64,000 nt of DNA from Octopus sinensis (taxonomy: Eukaryota). This document shows, piece by piece, positions 14,601 through 27,191 of the stretch. Position 1 is the first letter of the stretch. Each line of letters begins with the position of its first letter. The stretch is taken from contig NC_042999.1 of NCBI RefSeq assembly GCF_006345805.1, positions 5,332,001-5,396,000 of the forward strand, given 5' to 3'. The notes beneath the pieces are model-generated. The model was not told where the DNA came from. It did not search any database and worked only from the letters and a program-made list of their open reading frames with translations. Both the position numbers and the translations under genes were made by a program.

Positions 14601-14850
14601 AATATCCTCCCGAAGAACCTGAGAGACCTGCATGGGGTGGATGCAGATGTCTTTAAAATAAAACTGGATCTCGTCCTGTCAGGTGTCCCAGATGAACCAA
14701 CTTCACGGGAGGAGGTGCAGATGAGGGCAGCTGCATCGAACTCTCTCATGCACCAAATGGCAATTGCTAAAAAGCATTCGTGAAGTAAAATCATGTAGCA
14801 ACACCAAATGGCGGTGCCCCAGCATGGCCAGAGCTCGTGAGCTGAAACTA
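11648..14850 (+). mobile_element. CR1-group LINE, ORF2 region, frameshifted
   Basis: APE motifs LNIRGL, LTETH, GGVAMYIR, DFNLP, NILDL, SDH. RT motifs QHGFRPGRSC, YLDFAKAFDKVDH, SGVPQGTVLGPLLF, YADDTK. CR1-type C-terminus SYWERLKRLRLYSLERRRERY. Confidence 0.9.
11682..14783 (+). pseudogene. CR1-type APE-RT polyprotein in pieces (11682-12347, 12281-13258, ~13240-13716, 13731-14783)
   Basis: Colinear domains separated by about three frameshifts. Confidence 0.88.
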
Positions 14851-14855
14851 GATAA

Positions 14856-14937
<82 letters not shown>

Positions 14938-15316
14938 ACATATGTATATATATTCTCTTATACATGTACCCTATTATTTAATAGTATATTATATATATAT
15001 TATATATACATATCATCTAGTATATATATACACAAATATATATATATACCTATAAAACATATAATACATATATATACATATATTCTACAACTATATTTAT
15101 ATAATATAAAGATAATACATTATTTTTTCATTTTTATATATATATATATATATTATAATATATATACATATATAGATATAGCAATATATATATATTATAT
15201 ATATTATATATATATATTATATATACATATATATATATACATATATATACCTACATATATATATATATATTATCTATATATATATATATATATACACACA
15301 CACAACACATATATAT

Positions 15317-15348
<32 letters not shown>

Positions 15349-15899
15349 AATATATATTATACACACGCATGCACTCACACACATACACACACACACACTC
15401 ATACAAACCTATGTAGTAGATATATAAACAGAGTTAGTTCAGCTTCTTTCCGAAAATGGAAAAAAAATTATGGACAGTCTCAATCGATTTTATTGGCTTC
15501 TCATCAGAAGCGTCCACACCAATTTGGTCTATGCGCGGCAAACAAGCAGCCTGGTTTTATATTACACCACCCATATAAAGCAGGGGCTACTAACATACAT
15601 AACGTAAGTGTTTACACTTTATTCAATATCAGGGGCGTGTCAACGGGGATCTCAGTCCCCAGAGTATCAAGATGTGATGTAATATATGCAACCGGTACAG
15701 AAAATATATAAGCAGGGATAATTTAGCTATTTCTCCGTAGATTGGGAAAATTATGAACAGACTTTGCTCTCTCGCGCTCATGTTTGGTATAGAAAAGTAA
15801 CAAAAGAAAAATGTGTGTTTTCATATATGGGTGCAGGACGTCACCAGCTGTGTAAAGAACATGAAGAAAACAGTTACAAATCCAACTCGAGTCCCACGA

Positions 15900-16860
15900 C
15901 AAAAACTTGTGTGTTGTGCAGAGTAAAGAAAGGATAATATTGGCCGTCAGCGACACCCAAAAAGTGACTGAAACAGTAAGAGAATTCAAAGTGAAAAGGA
16001 AGAACAACGGAGAAAACAGATGGAAAGGAATAAGACTAGAGAGTTAATTCATGAAAGAAACAGAGAACGCTGGAAGTAAGGATCACTGGCTGAGGTTGAC
16101 GGAGAGGAAGTTGAAAGGAGAGACAGAAACGCTAATTATAGCTGCTCAGGAACAAGCCCTTACAACCAAACTTGATAGAGGCAAAGATCAACAAAAGTCA
16201 GTCAGACATCAAATGTAGAATCTACAAGAAAATAGACGAAATTATCAACCACCTTTTAAGTGAGTGCAGTATACTTGCACAAATGGAGTATAAACACAGA
16301 CGTGACTATGTTGGTGATTGAGTAGGCAAAAAAGTGTATCTGGATGTTAGCTGAGTGTGTGACAACAAAAACATAGTACAGGCACGAACCAGAAGTTGTG
16401 ATAGAAAATGAGAATTAAAAGATCTCATGGGACTGTGTCATAAAGACTGACCATGTCACTGAAGCAAAAGGAGCGAATATTTTTGTCCTATAATATAGGA
16501 CAAAATAAACAGTGTAGGATCATAGATTTTGTAATTCTCTATGATAGAAGATTAGATACCAAAGAAATTGAAAATATTGAGAAATATCTGGATCTAGGCA
16601 AAAAACTGAGGAGAATGTGGAAGATCAAAACAATAATTATTCCTGTAGTAATTGGTGACCTTGGCACAAAAACCAAAATGTTCTCTAAAAGACTGAAAGA
16701 GACTGAAATTGAAACTCGCATTGTCGACCTGTGGAAGATCACCATTCCATATTCTGCAAGAAACCTAGATAGAATTCTTGAAATCTGAGGAGACTTGTTG
16801 TCTTCAAATCTCAATTTAACATTCCTGCTTATTAAATAAGCATGTACTAACTAAATGATG
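15900..16860 (+). mobile_element. R4/Dong-type (restriction-like endonuclease) LINE, 3' remnant
   Basis: AAQEQAL, CCHC remnants (HLLSEC), IIDF, KYLDL, PVVIGDLG; ends at (TGA)/(TAA)n. Confidence 0.7.
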
Positions 16861-16884
16861 ATGATGATAATAATAATAATTATA

Positions 16885-17116
16885 TTTCTTTACTACCCAC
16901 AAGGGGCTAAACACAGAGGGGACAAACAAGGACAGACAAACGGATTAAGTCGATTACATCGACTCCAGTGCGTAACTGGTACTTAATTTATCGACCCCGA
17001 AAGGATGAAAGGCAAAGTGGACCTCGGCGGAATTTGAACTCGGAACATAACAACAGACGAAATACGGCTACGCATTTCGCCCGGCGTGCTAACGTTTCTG
17101 CCAGCTCGCCGCCTTT
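16885..17116 (-). mobile_element. SINE family B (Nin/Deu-like core), full length
   Basis: aaggcggcgagctggcagaa head, gttcaaattcc B-box-like motif, gcctttcatcctttcggggtcgataaattaagtacc core and B1 tail. Confidence 0.85.
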
Positions 17117-17123
17117 TATAATG

Positions 17124-17189
<66 letters not shown>

Positions 17190-17193
<4 letters not shown>

Positions 17194-18200
17194 TAAAGAA
17201 CTGTCTGGGATGGTAAATCAAACAACAGAGTGAATCCTTGCTTACCGCTGTTACAATTAACAATATAATACCTACGAATATTTACGAAACAAGATGAAGA
17301 AGAAAGACTAAACAATTGGAAAACGAAACCACTGCATGGGCAATAGCTGAGAGAAATCGAAGGCTAAGACAAGATCAACACTTGGAGATGGTTAAGAAAA
17401 AGTGATCTGAAAGGATGCACTGAGGCATTGATATGCAGCGCCCAGGAACAATCTCTGAGAACTAATTACACCAAGTTCCAAGTAGATAAGAGTAGCGAAT
17501 CGCCCCTTTGTAGGATGTGTGGCAGCAGAAACGAAACAAACTCATATGTTGTGTGTGAGTATAGCAAACTGGCACAAAAGCACTACAAAAAGAGTCACGA
17601 TAATGTGGCTAAGTCCACTGTAGGCTATGTGACAAGTGCAACCTGTACAGAACACGGAAATGGTACGAACATGAACCAGAAGAAGTCACTGAGAACAAGG
17701 AACATAAGATTACGATCTAATGCGATTCTCTAAATGAAGCTCGGATATCAGACATTGTTGTGGTAAAGGAAAAAAGGAAACCAAGATGATAGATATTGCA
17801 ATACCTGAGGATGCACCCACAAGAAGCATAAGAACTAGAAAAGATTGAAAAGTACGGACTACTAAAAGACGAAATTGCAAGAATGTCGACTATGAAGTAA
17901 GTGTATGTCATTCCAGGGGCACTCGGAGCACTAACAACCAAGTTCGAGAAATATATCAAAGAAATAGGAATTGACATGAGAGCAGAGCAAGCGCAAAGAA
18001 CTGCTCTGCTGGGGACAGCTAGGATTTTCAGACTGGTACATGGATGATGTTCAATGTGTCCCACGATAATTAAAAACCAAGTATCGAAGCATATGATGTG
18101 CGGAAAGACACTTTGTAAGACCTCCTCTGACAGCAGGCTGCTGTCCGCTCTCACAGAATCTACCAGAACAAACAAGACCGAACGTTCTGAGAAGTAAAGC
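17190..18200 (+). mobile_element. R4/Dong-type LINE, 3' remnant
   Basis: WKTKPLHGQ, SAQEQSLRTN, CRMCGSRNET, HDNVAK, EKIEKY, LLGTARI; bounded by (TAA)n tracts. Confidence 0.8.
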
Positions 18201-18237
<37 letters not shown>

Positions 18238-18267
18238 TAATAATAATAATAATAAAATAATAATAAT

Positions 18268-18460
18268 CCTTTCTGCTAAAGGCACAAGGCCCGAAATTTG
18301 GGAGGAGGGGACTAGTCAATTACATCGATCCCAGTGCTTGACTGGTCCTTAATTTATCGACCCCGAAAGAATGGAAGGCAAAGTCGACCTCGGCGGAATT
18401 TGAACTCAGAACGTAACGACAGACGAAATACGCGCTAACGTGTCTGCCCGCTCGCCGCCA
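18268..18460 (-). mobile_element. SINE family B (B2 tail)
   Basis: Same core, with the alternative tail cccaaatttcgggccttgtgcc. Confidence 0.8.
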
Positions 18461-18469
18461 TCAACATGA

Positions 18470-18738
18470 CCCCTACAAGACAGCAATGCCCGGACACTGA
18501 ACGAGTGCGTGCAAGGTGGTTTCGTCACTTTGTGCGCACCTCAGACCAGCCCGTCTGACAGCACATCCGTGCCTGTTGAGTTTATCTCGGACGGGTTGCA
18601 CCACTCGGTAGCACTGCCGGGCCAAGGACATCCGGAAATTATCCATGTCAGTTCCTGACCGGAAAGTCCCCCGGAGCAGACTAGCCAATTCGTTTTCGTC
18701 GGTGCCCAGAGTCTCCCCGAGAATGATGTCGCACTTTT

Positions 18739-18740
<2 letters not shown>
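18470..18740 (-). mobile_element. L1/Tx1-type LINE fragment (zinc-binding region C-terminal to RT)
   Basis: QCYRVVQPVRDKL...RCAQSDETTLHALVQCP (zf-RVT-like pattern). Confidence 0.65.
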
Positions 18741-18819
<79 letters not shown>

Positions 18820-18994
18820 ATAATAATAATAATAATGATAAATTATTTTTATTGGCCACAAGGGTGACAAATATGATTGGAAAACATAAAGGGACAAAAC
18901 AGGACGAAAGGTTACAAAAGGTTTTGTCCGTTTTTCGAAAGAAAAAAGTCCATGTAAACAAGCTTTACAACAACGAAAAAATTCAACAATTTAC

Positions 18995-19044
<50 letters not shown>

Positions 19045-19047
<3 letters not shown>

Positions 19048-19412
19048 AACTGTGCTAAAAGTGGGAGCTAGAAAGAGGCAAAACGTGGTATGAGCACAAA
19101 CCGCAGAGTGTGGTGGAGTCGGAGACTTGCAAAATCCTGTAGGTTTTTCCAATCCAAACAGATCAGGTGCTATAGCATATCAGACCGGACCTAGTGGTGG
19201 TCGACAAGATGCAACACATAACTTAGATAACTTAGATAATTTAGATACGTTTCGACCAAAGATTGGTCCAGGCCATGTCTAACTTAATAGCACCTCCTGA
19301 TAGGATTATTCGAATCCTGTTTAAGTCAAGTTTTGTTCAAGTAGTGAGCATATGCAATATAAGTTGCTGTTGCATGCCCCTTTGACCAACGAATAATCAA
19401 GAAGGAAGGCGA

Positions 19413-19495
<83 letters not shown>

Positions 19496-20035
19496 TAAGC
19501 CTCTTAAGCACGAAATAGCCCGGCAATGGAAAATGAAGAAGGTGAAGGTAGTGCCAATTATAAAAAAAGGCGGTGAGCTGGCAGAATCGTTAGCACGCCG
19601 GGCGAAATGCGTAACCGTATTTCGTCTGCCGTTACGTTCTGAGTTCAAATTCCGCCGAGGTCGACTTTGCCTTTCATCCTTTCGGGGTCGATAAATTAAG
19701 TACCAGTTACGCACTGGGGTCGATATAATCGACTTAATCCGTTTGTCTGTCCTTGTTTGTCCACTCTATGTTTAGCCCCTTGTGGGTAGTAAAGAAATAG
19801 GTGGTGCCAATTATTGTTAGGTCCCTGGGAAGAGTATCAGAAGGCATCGAGGGGAATATCAAGGAAATTGGAATAGAGTGCTCAGTAGAACTGTTACAAG
19901 AGGTCTGAATAATCAGGAAAGTATCAAATAATTGAGAACAGATAGCATGGTACCGTAGGCTGCAGGCAGCAAGCCCGCTTCGCATGCAAGACTCCAGGAG
20001 TTGCAAAAAACCCTGAGATTAAAAGAAAAAAAATA
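19045..20035 (+). mobile_element. R4/Dong-type LINE 3' remnant, interrupted by a CR1-like tail, (GATA)n and a SINE B
   Basis: WYEHKPQSVVESETCKIL, PDLVVVDK, VPIIVRSLG; same family as 41670-42170. Confidence 0.7.
19566..19800 (+). mobile_element. SINE family B, full length
   Basis: Full head, core and tail; flanked by an approximate duplication ggtagtgccaattat / ggtggtgccaattat. Confidence 0.85.
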
Positions 20036-20054
20036 ATAATAAAATAATCATAAT

Positions 20055-20710
20055 CGGTCCTTTATTGCCGAACACAAAACAAATAAGGATGATACAATAT
20101 AAGGGACAAGTGGGGGTGTTGAACAATGCCATGTATACAATAGGTAACGATTAACAATAATAATAATTCCTCAAAAGGGAAAATTTCCTCATAGGGACAA
20201 CCGAAGAATACCACCTCAGCAGGCGCCTCTCTCTTTCTCAACTCTTCCGGTTTACAAACAAAAGTTCAGAGTAAAACCATTCACACCGGCCATCCTCGCC
20301 TCATTCACCCGGCTTTCAACAAATTTACTGGGGGTGGGGGAAGAACTTCCTTCTCTACTCTCAATTTCCTTATCAAGTGGATGAGGGCTTGGCCAAATAG
20401 GAAAGTATCTGTCTTCAGTTCTATCAATCACGTCCACCACACTACCTCCTTCGCCTTTCCTCCCTGGCCAAAGGAAGGCGGCGGAGCGATATTCACGATG
20501 GACTCGGTTGATGACCGGATCCGTCCTACACGCGACAACAGCTGTTCGACAAAGCTCCACCAGTCAGTAATGCACCAAGGCGGGACAAATGCATGCAGGA
20601 AGGTTTCATCATCCTATGCACACCTCGGACAGGTCCATCAGACAGCACTTCTGTGTCTGTAGAGCTTGTTTCGAACTGGTAGAGCTTCCTGGTAGCACTG
20701 ACATTAGAGG
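20055..20710 (-). mobile_element. L1/Tx1-type LINE 3' remnant
   Basis: Minus strand QCYQEALPVRNKL..TCPRCA..DETFLHA, homologous to 18470-18740, followed by a T-rich 3' UTR. Confidence 0.6.
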
Positions 20711-20819
20711 CAAATCCAAAGTATTGAAGGGCAGAATACGATGAAAGTTAATTCAGATTAAGTAAATTAAGAATTAAAAAATGCTAAAAGAAATAAAAGT
20801 AAAGTATATTAATGGCAGG

Positions 20820-21060
20820 TGGAGGCGCGTGGCTTAGTGGTTAGAGTGTCAGCATCATGATCGTAAGATTGTGGTTTCGATTCCTGGACTAGGCGACGCG
20901 TTGTGTTCTTGAGCATTTCACGTCGCTCCAGTCCACCCAGCTGGCAAAAATGAGTAACGCTGCGAAGGACTGGTGTCCCGTCCAGCTGGGGAACACATAC
21001 GCCATTGAAACCGGGAAACCGGGCCCATGAACCTGGCTAGGCTTTAAAAGGGCGCATTTA
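20820..21060 (+). mobile_element. tRNA-derived SINE family C
   Basis: ggcgcgtggcttagtggttagagtg ... gtttcgattcctgg head. Confidence 0.75.
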
Positions 21061-21720
21061 TATATTTATTGTATTAATGATAGGGTTACTTTTAACAAGG
21101 GAATTGAATTTCAATGTTAGTATAAATAAATAAATAAATAACGCACGATTTCATTGAGAAACCTCAACAAACGATAAACTGTTGGGGAGATGAAGGAAAA
21201 GATTTGGTTTTTATTCGTCTAAAATAATTTGATTGGGGGTATCTGAAAATTGAATGGTGAGCTGACAGAAGAGTTAGCACTCAGAACGAAATAAGCGCTA
21301 TTTCGACCGGCGTCTTTATGTTCTAAGCTCAAATTATGTTTCAGCAGCCATTTTGTGCCAGGCTATCGCTGCCTGCTGCAAGACCTACTCTCTCTCCCCT
21401 TCCTCCCCTTCCTCCCTCACACTAACGTTGTCGTTCGTTTTCGAAGTCTCGTTTGCTTCTCGTTTGCTTCCGCTGCCGCCGCCGCCGTCGCTTCGTATCA
21501 CATAACTTCAATATTTTGTATTCGTCGTCAGCAGCTGACATATTGAAACATCGACCACATTATTGGTGCAGATTTCGAATCAGATTAACAACTGGCTATT
21601 AATTGGAACGTATCACAATTGACGATGCGTGACTGTATAATCAGGTGATACCATATACATATACTTTCATACATATACTTGTACACAAACATAAATACAT
21701 ACATACAAATATATATATAA

Positions 21721-21768
<48 letters not shown>

Positions 21769-21791
21769 TATATTATATATGTATGTATAAT

Positions 21792-21849
21792 AAATTAAAA
21801 ATATAATATGGCGACAATTTACCCATCGCACACTGTATGTGTATATGTC

Positions 21850-21884
<35 letters not shown>

Positions 21885-22557
21885 TTCTTTATCTTTTTAC
21901 TCTAGGCACTAACCCCGAAATTTGGGGCGATGGGACCAGTCGATTAGATCGACCCCAGTGCGTCACTGGTACTTAATTTATCGACCCCGAAAGGATGAAA
22001 GGCAAAGTCGACCTCGATGGAATTTAAACATATGTATATGTATGTATGTATGTATATAAATAGAGCGGATAAAGACGTGTGTAAGGCGGCGAGCTGGCAG
22101 AACGGTTAGCACGCCGAGCGAAATGCTAAGCAGTATTTCGTCTGCTGCTACGTTCTGAGTTCAAATTCCGCCGAGGTCGACTTTGCCTTTCATCCTTTCG
22201 GGGTCGATAAATAAAGTACCAGTTACGCACTGGGGTCGATATAATCAACTTAATCCCTTTGTCTGTCCTTGTTTGTCCTCTCTGTGTTTAGCCCTTGTGG
22301 GTAATAAAGAAATAGGTATTTCGTCTGTCTTTATATTCTGAGTTTAAACTCCGTCGAGGTCGACTTTGCCTTTCATCCTTTCGGGGTCGATAAATTAAGT
22401 ACCAGTTGCGTACTAGGGTCGATCTAATCGACTGGTCCCATCGCCCCAAATTTCGGGGTTAGTACCTAGAGTAAAAAGATAAAGAAGTGTGTGTGTATAG
22501 ACATATACACATACAGGGTGCGATGGGTAAATTGTCGCCATATTATATTTTTAATTT
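21792..22557. repeat. Inverted duplication (~230-bp arms) around a SINE B
   Basis: 21792-22029 is the near reverse complement of 22341-22557. Confidence 0.85.
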
Positions 22558-23371
22558 CGCGCATTGTTTGCTTTTGATTCTGTCGAATACGTAGTATAGT
22601 AGGGTCAGTTGGGCACCGTCTGTGAGAAAAACAGCACCATGATGCAATTCACTCGGCAAGAAATTTGGAAATGACAGGCTGTACTGCTTGGCATTCGCGC
22701 CGGAAGCTCCAATACGAACATTTCAGAGTGTTGGGTGTCAATCTGAGTCCACAAAACATACACCGAGAGTGATAAAAATCAAACGTCCAGTCAACATCAT
22801 GGTGTCTGGAGTGATCACTAGTGATAGCAACTTTATGTCTCCATTCATCTTCCCATACGGCCTAAGACTCAACACGGAGGCCTACATCGAGTGTCTGGAA
22901 GGGTTATTGTAGTCCTGGGTCAAGAGGCTGCTGGAAAACCCGATGTCTGACAACAAGACTCTGCACCATGCCACAACAGCAGAAGAACCCAGTCATGGCT
23001 GTCAGACAATTTCTGTGACCCCTAACGTCTGGTCACCTAACTCCTCAGACTGCAACCCCATTGATTATTATGTGTGGGGCACAGCTGATTGGGAGGCTAA
23101 CAAAACTCCTTGTAACACCAAAGATGAACTGAAGGCATGGATTATGACAGCATTCACCAACAAGGAGACCGCCAAGAAGAGTTGTAGGAAATTCCGAAGT
23201 CGTCTGGAGGCCGTGGTTGAAGCCAATGGCGATTTTATTGAATAAATTTACCCTTTAGTATTTCAAAATATTTAAAAGTAATTTTGGTAAATATATCTGT
23301 TAAAATGAGATGTCAGTGTTATTTTCACTTTTTGCGTAATTTAGATGACAATTTATTCACCGCACTCTGTA
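22512..23371 (+). mobile_element. Internally deleted Tc1/maT-type transposon
   Basis: TIRs ta-cagggtgcgatgggtaaattgtc / gacaatttattcaccgcactctg-ta; peptides WSPNSSDCNPIDYYVWG and RSRLEAVVEANGDFIE. Another end of this family lies at 43411-43580 (-). Confidence 0.85.
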
Positions 23372-23380
23372 CATATATAT

Positions 23381-23426
<46 letters not shown>

Positions 23427-23472
23427 CACATATCGTTAGAAGCACACTCTTAAGGAGAGAGCAGTAATGTAT

Positions 23473-23589
23473 TTACATGCAGTTAAATGTATGTCCGGTC
23501 ATAGAGTGACCAATGGTTTCGCATCCATAAAGTGCGGATGCAAAACCATTGATCACTCTATGGCCGGACATATATTTAACTGCATGTAA
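23473..23589. repeat. Hairpin, 54-bp arms, 9-nt loop
   Basis: The arms differ at four positions, all transitions. Confidence 0.9.
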
Positions 23590-23760
23590 TATATACATAT
23601 ATATACATAGATACACACACACACACACAAACATATGCATTTATATGACACAGATATGTCGTATAGCCAGCTAGAAACGATGTTTCTTGGGTCTAATAAA
23701 CAGTAACAACGTCCCTTACACGACAGCCATGTTATGTTGGCAATTAAATTTTAGATACAT

Positions 23761-26700
23761 CAGAGGTGGGCAGCGTTAATCGAAAAGTTAACTTCATTAA
23801 TCGTCAATCCGTTAACCAATAAATTAACTTCGTTAATCGTTAATCCGTTAACTAATAAATTAACTTCGTTAATCGTTAATCCGTTAATTCTTTGAAAATC
23901 TAACGGAAGTTAACGGTAATCCGTTAACGTTCACTTTTATTGAAAGAAGGCCTATCTACAGTTTTATACCCCACCGACTCTGTTGTCTCATAACTTCCAG
24001 AAAAATGGATACTTTTTAACAAAACTTTCACCAAATAATCGCTTATATCCTGTACGTAAAGATTTGTTGGAAAAAATTTTCTGAGGGTTTGGGGAGAAGA
24101 TTTTCGGAAAATTCACAGGACCCAACATTTTCCTCCTTATAACTTTCTGGAAAATAGGCATTTTTTAATGAAATTTTATACAAATACCTTTCAAATTACG
24201 ATTATAAAGAAATTTGTTGGCAACATTTTTGGAAGGGGCGGGGAGGAGTTTCTAGAAAACGGAGTTTCGGATCAGACGGCCCACAGAAGTTGGAATTTCT
24301 CTGTTTGACGGGGATTTTCCCAGTGTTCTTCGCCAAAGTCTCCAGAATGATGACAGGCATCTTTTCATGAAAAAAAATTTAAAAAAAGTTTTCACTCTCG
24401 CCACCCCTTCACTACCCCAGTCCGAAACGATTTTGGTCATTTTTTTTTTCACTACTCACTTAAAACCCGTGAGAGAAACATTATTGGTTTTTAAAAAATA
24501 ATTTCAGAGGAAAATGTGTGATTTAAGGGAGATCTGGCTGTTCCTGGCACATTCCAAAACCTATTGATATTTTTCAATATTTTTTTCCCTATAAACAAAT
24601 CTTATGGAATGATGATGTCAAAGTAACACACATGTAGTCCCAACCGTGTGTGTAAGAAAAAAACACATAAAAACATTTTTAGTGTTCATATTGTTACGAA
24701 AGGGTGGGACCTCCGATTCGAACTGTTACGGAAATCCTCACACAGGCCCGTTCGATGCAGCGAATAAGCTACGGAAACTCGTCGGAGAGAGGAGAGAGAG
24801 GAGATATACACAACAACAACAACCGCAGCAGCACAGAGATACAGAGGCAAAACGGCAACACTGGCTTACATTTAACAACTAGTTTATACGACAATCGTTA
24901 CACATCAAAGCATTTAAGGCAAACATTTAAAGGAGGACATGCACGTGACTACTCAATATAACAGTCCGGTAACGCAACAACAAGTTATATATATCAGCAA
25001 CAGATCAAAGCATTTAAACATGCAAGTAACAATATAACAGTATTTCAAAGGTACACGTCCGAAGACAACAGTTCTATTTCAAATCACTTCAACAGATAAC
25101 GTTCACAGTTCTTTTGCAAAACACATCACAGATAACGTCACATCAACAAGTCCTTTACTGTTCTTTTCTCTGTTCAATACACCAATTCTTTTCACTGTCT
25201 CTTTACATCGTGACACGTATCAATACATAATCAAATACCTTAATTCCTAATTAGAATCGCCGGTGTCCCATATTGCACTCCATCTCTCTCTCAATTCTGC
25301 TAACTCCAGCTTGCCAAGTCCTGAATCCAGCCGCTTGCTCCTAAGGTTCCAACTACTCCCTTTGACTTCCAAAATCCGACCGTCCTTCTTGACGACCGAC
25401 TACCAACTGCCCAAAACCTCACTTCCTCTCTGCCTATACCCTCTCTATCTGCCCTGGTCCCTAACTGCCTATCTTCCTCTGCCCCTCATCCTCTCTCACT
25501 GCCAATATCCTCTCCATCTGCTCTTAGATTCCTTACTCTATCTTTTTCTCACTACTGCTAGATTCTTCCTCACATCTCTCGCTGACCCCTAATCGACCGC
25601 ACAAGGTCAAAGAGGTCCCTCCAAAACCCCATTAATCTCCCAGTAAACAAAGGACTGTCTCTTTTCTTCCAGACGTGCCGGCGTCACACCCAAAAGTGGG
25701 TCAGCAAGAAATACTGCACTAGCCAACCGTAACAATATTAATCTTTAAAATGTAATGCTTATTTGTTCACGTTATTTTGAATTATTCAGGTTCAAGAGAA
25801 GTGTCTACAATATTTGCTTGTAACTTTGTAAATTTTTTACATACAGATTTGAAGTTTGTCAGTGGTTGCTTTATATATCACTAGTTTATAGTTATGTAAT
25901 TTTAGCTGATCTTGCTGAATAAATTTGACTTTTATGGGCAGGTAAATTTAATTAACAGGTGTAAAAGCAATAATATTATGGATAAACACTAAAATTGAAA
26001 TTCTTAATGCATACTACCTGTTTGATTTGTTACTAAAATTATCCCAGATCACATCGGATAAAAAAATTTCCACTTTCCAAGATGAGGTACATTAATTTGA
26101 ATTGATAAAAAATACAGGTATAATCGGTGCAAGATTTTATTCTTTCGGTAAATATTTCGTACCTCGGTGTGGAATAATTTTTTCCACATTTTTTTTTCAG
26201 GTGCATTCAACGTATCTGGCCTCCAAACCCGCTGCAAGCCACTTTTTCCCGGAAAAAGAAAGGTGTGAGGGGAGGTGGGGACCTCGAAGTTTCCCACCAA
26301 GGAAGTTTTGTTACGTGGGTCTTTTTTTCTTTTCCAGATTATTTTGCATGATTTCAACGAATGTGCCATTGAAATCACGCATAAACGGCTCCTTTTTTTT
26401 TCTCTCAGAAAAGTAAAGATTTGGCTGCTATTTCTAGCATACCCTGCTCCCACCTATCAGCTATTTGCGTTCACACCGACTTTATTCCTTCCATTTATTT
26501 TTTCCATTTTATGGAAGTCAATTTTTCTCTGTTTCCATCCACCTCAGCGATGTCATGGATCAAATGAAAACACATCAATTAATTTTTCTTTCTTGACAGG
26601 ACAAACAAATTTCCCGCTGTCTTTGCAAGCAACAAGCTGGGTGGATTTGGTTTCAAATCCAGACAGTGCCATACGAGGTCCCACAAGTTATTTATAATAA

Positions 26701-26956
26701 TAAATGGCGTTACATTGAGCTTGAAAGAATGACGCGTACAATATTAGATATGCTAAGACAATCTGAAAACAGAAACTTTTACCGGTTTTTATGAAATGTC
26801 TGGGTTAACGGACTTGGGTTAACGGAAGCTAAATGTAACTGAAGTTAATTAGTCCGATAATGAATTTCAAAGTTAACTTAAAAGTTAAATCGTTAACGAA
26901 AATGTTGACTTCGTTAATTAACAATTAACGGATTAACGGACTTACGCCCAGCTCTG
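23761..26956. mobile_element. Non-autonomous hAT-like DNA element with subterminal gttaac/ccgttaa repeats
   Basis: Ends cagaggtgggc / gcccagctctg. A 36-bp unit occurs about three times at 23788-23890 and the same motifs are inverted at 26800-26945. No clean 8-bp TSD is visible. Confidence 0.6.
24692..25734. mobile_element. Solo LTR (Gypsy-like) nested in the hAT-like element
   Basis: TGTTACG...CGTAACA termini with a 4-bp TSD ATAT (24688-24691, 25735-25738); no coding capacity. Confidence 0.75.
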
Positions 26957-26970
26957 TATATGTATGTATG

Positions 26971-27002
<32 letters not shown>

Positions 27003-27191
27003 TGTATGTATGTATGTATGTATGTATGTATGTGTGTGTGTGTATGTATGTATGTATGTATGAATGTATGTATGTATGTATGTATGTACGTATGAATGTA
27101 TGTATGTATGTATGTATGTATGTATGGATGTATGTATGTATGTACGTATGTATGTATGTATGTATGTATGTATGGATGTATGTATGTATGT

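Noticed and set aside
15435-15515. Minus-strand CTGATGAG...GAAA hammerhead candidate
   Set aside because: No convincing stem II and no stem III or NUH site.
19245-19285. Hairpin plus GAAACGTA read as a hammerhead
   Set aside because: It lacks CUGANGA and is better explained as the CR1-type 3' tail motif catggcc-stem-gaaac.
23788-23890. 36-bp repeated unit resembling a CRISPR repeat in length
   Set aside because: Head-to-tail copies with no unique spacers and no cas genes; these are subterminal repeats of a DNA transposon in eukaryotic DNA.
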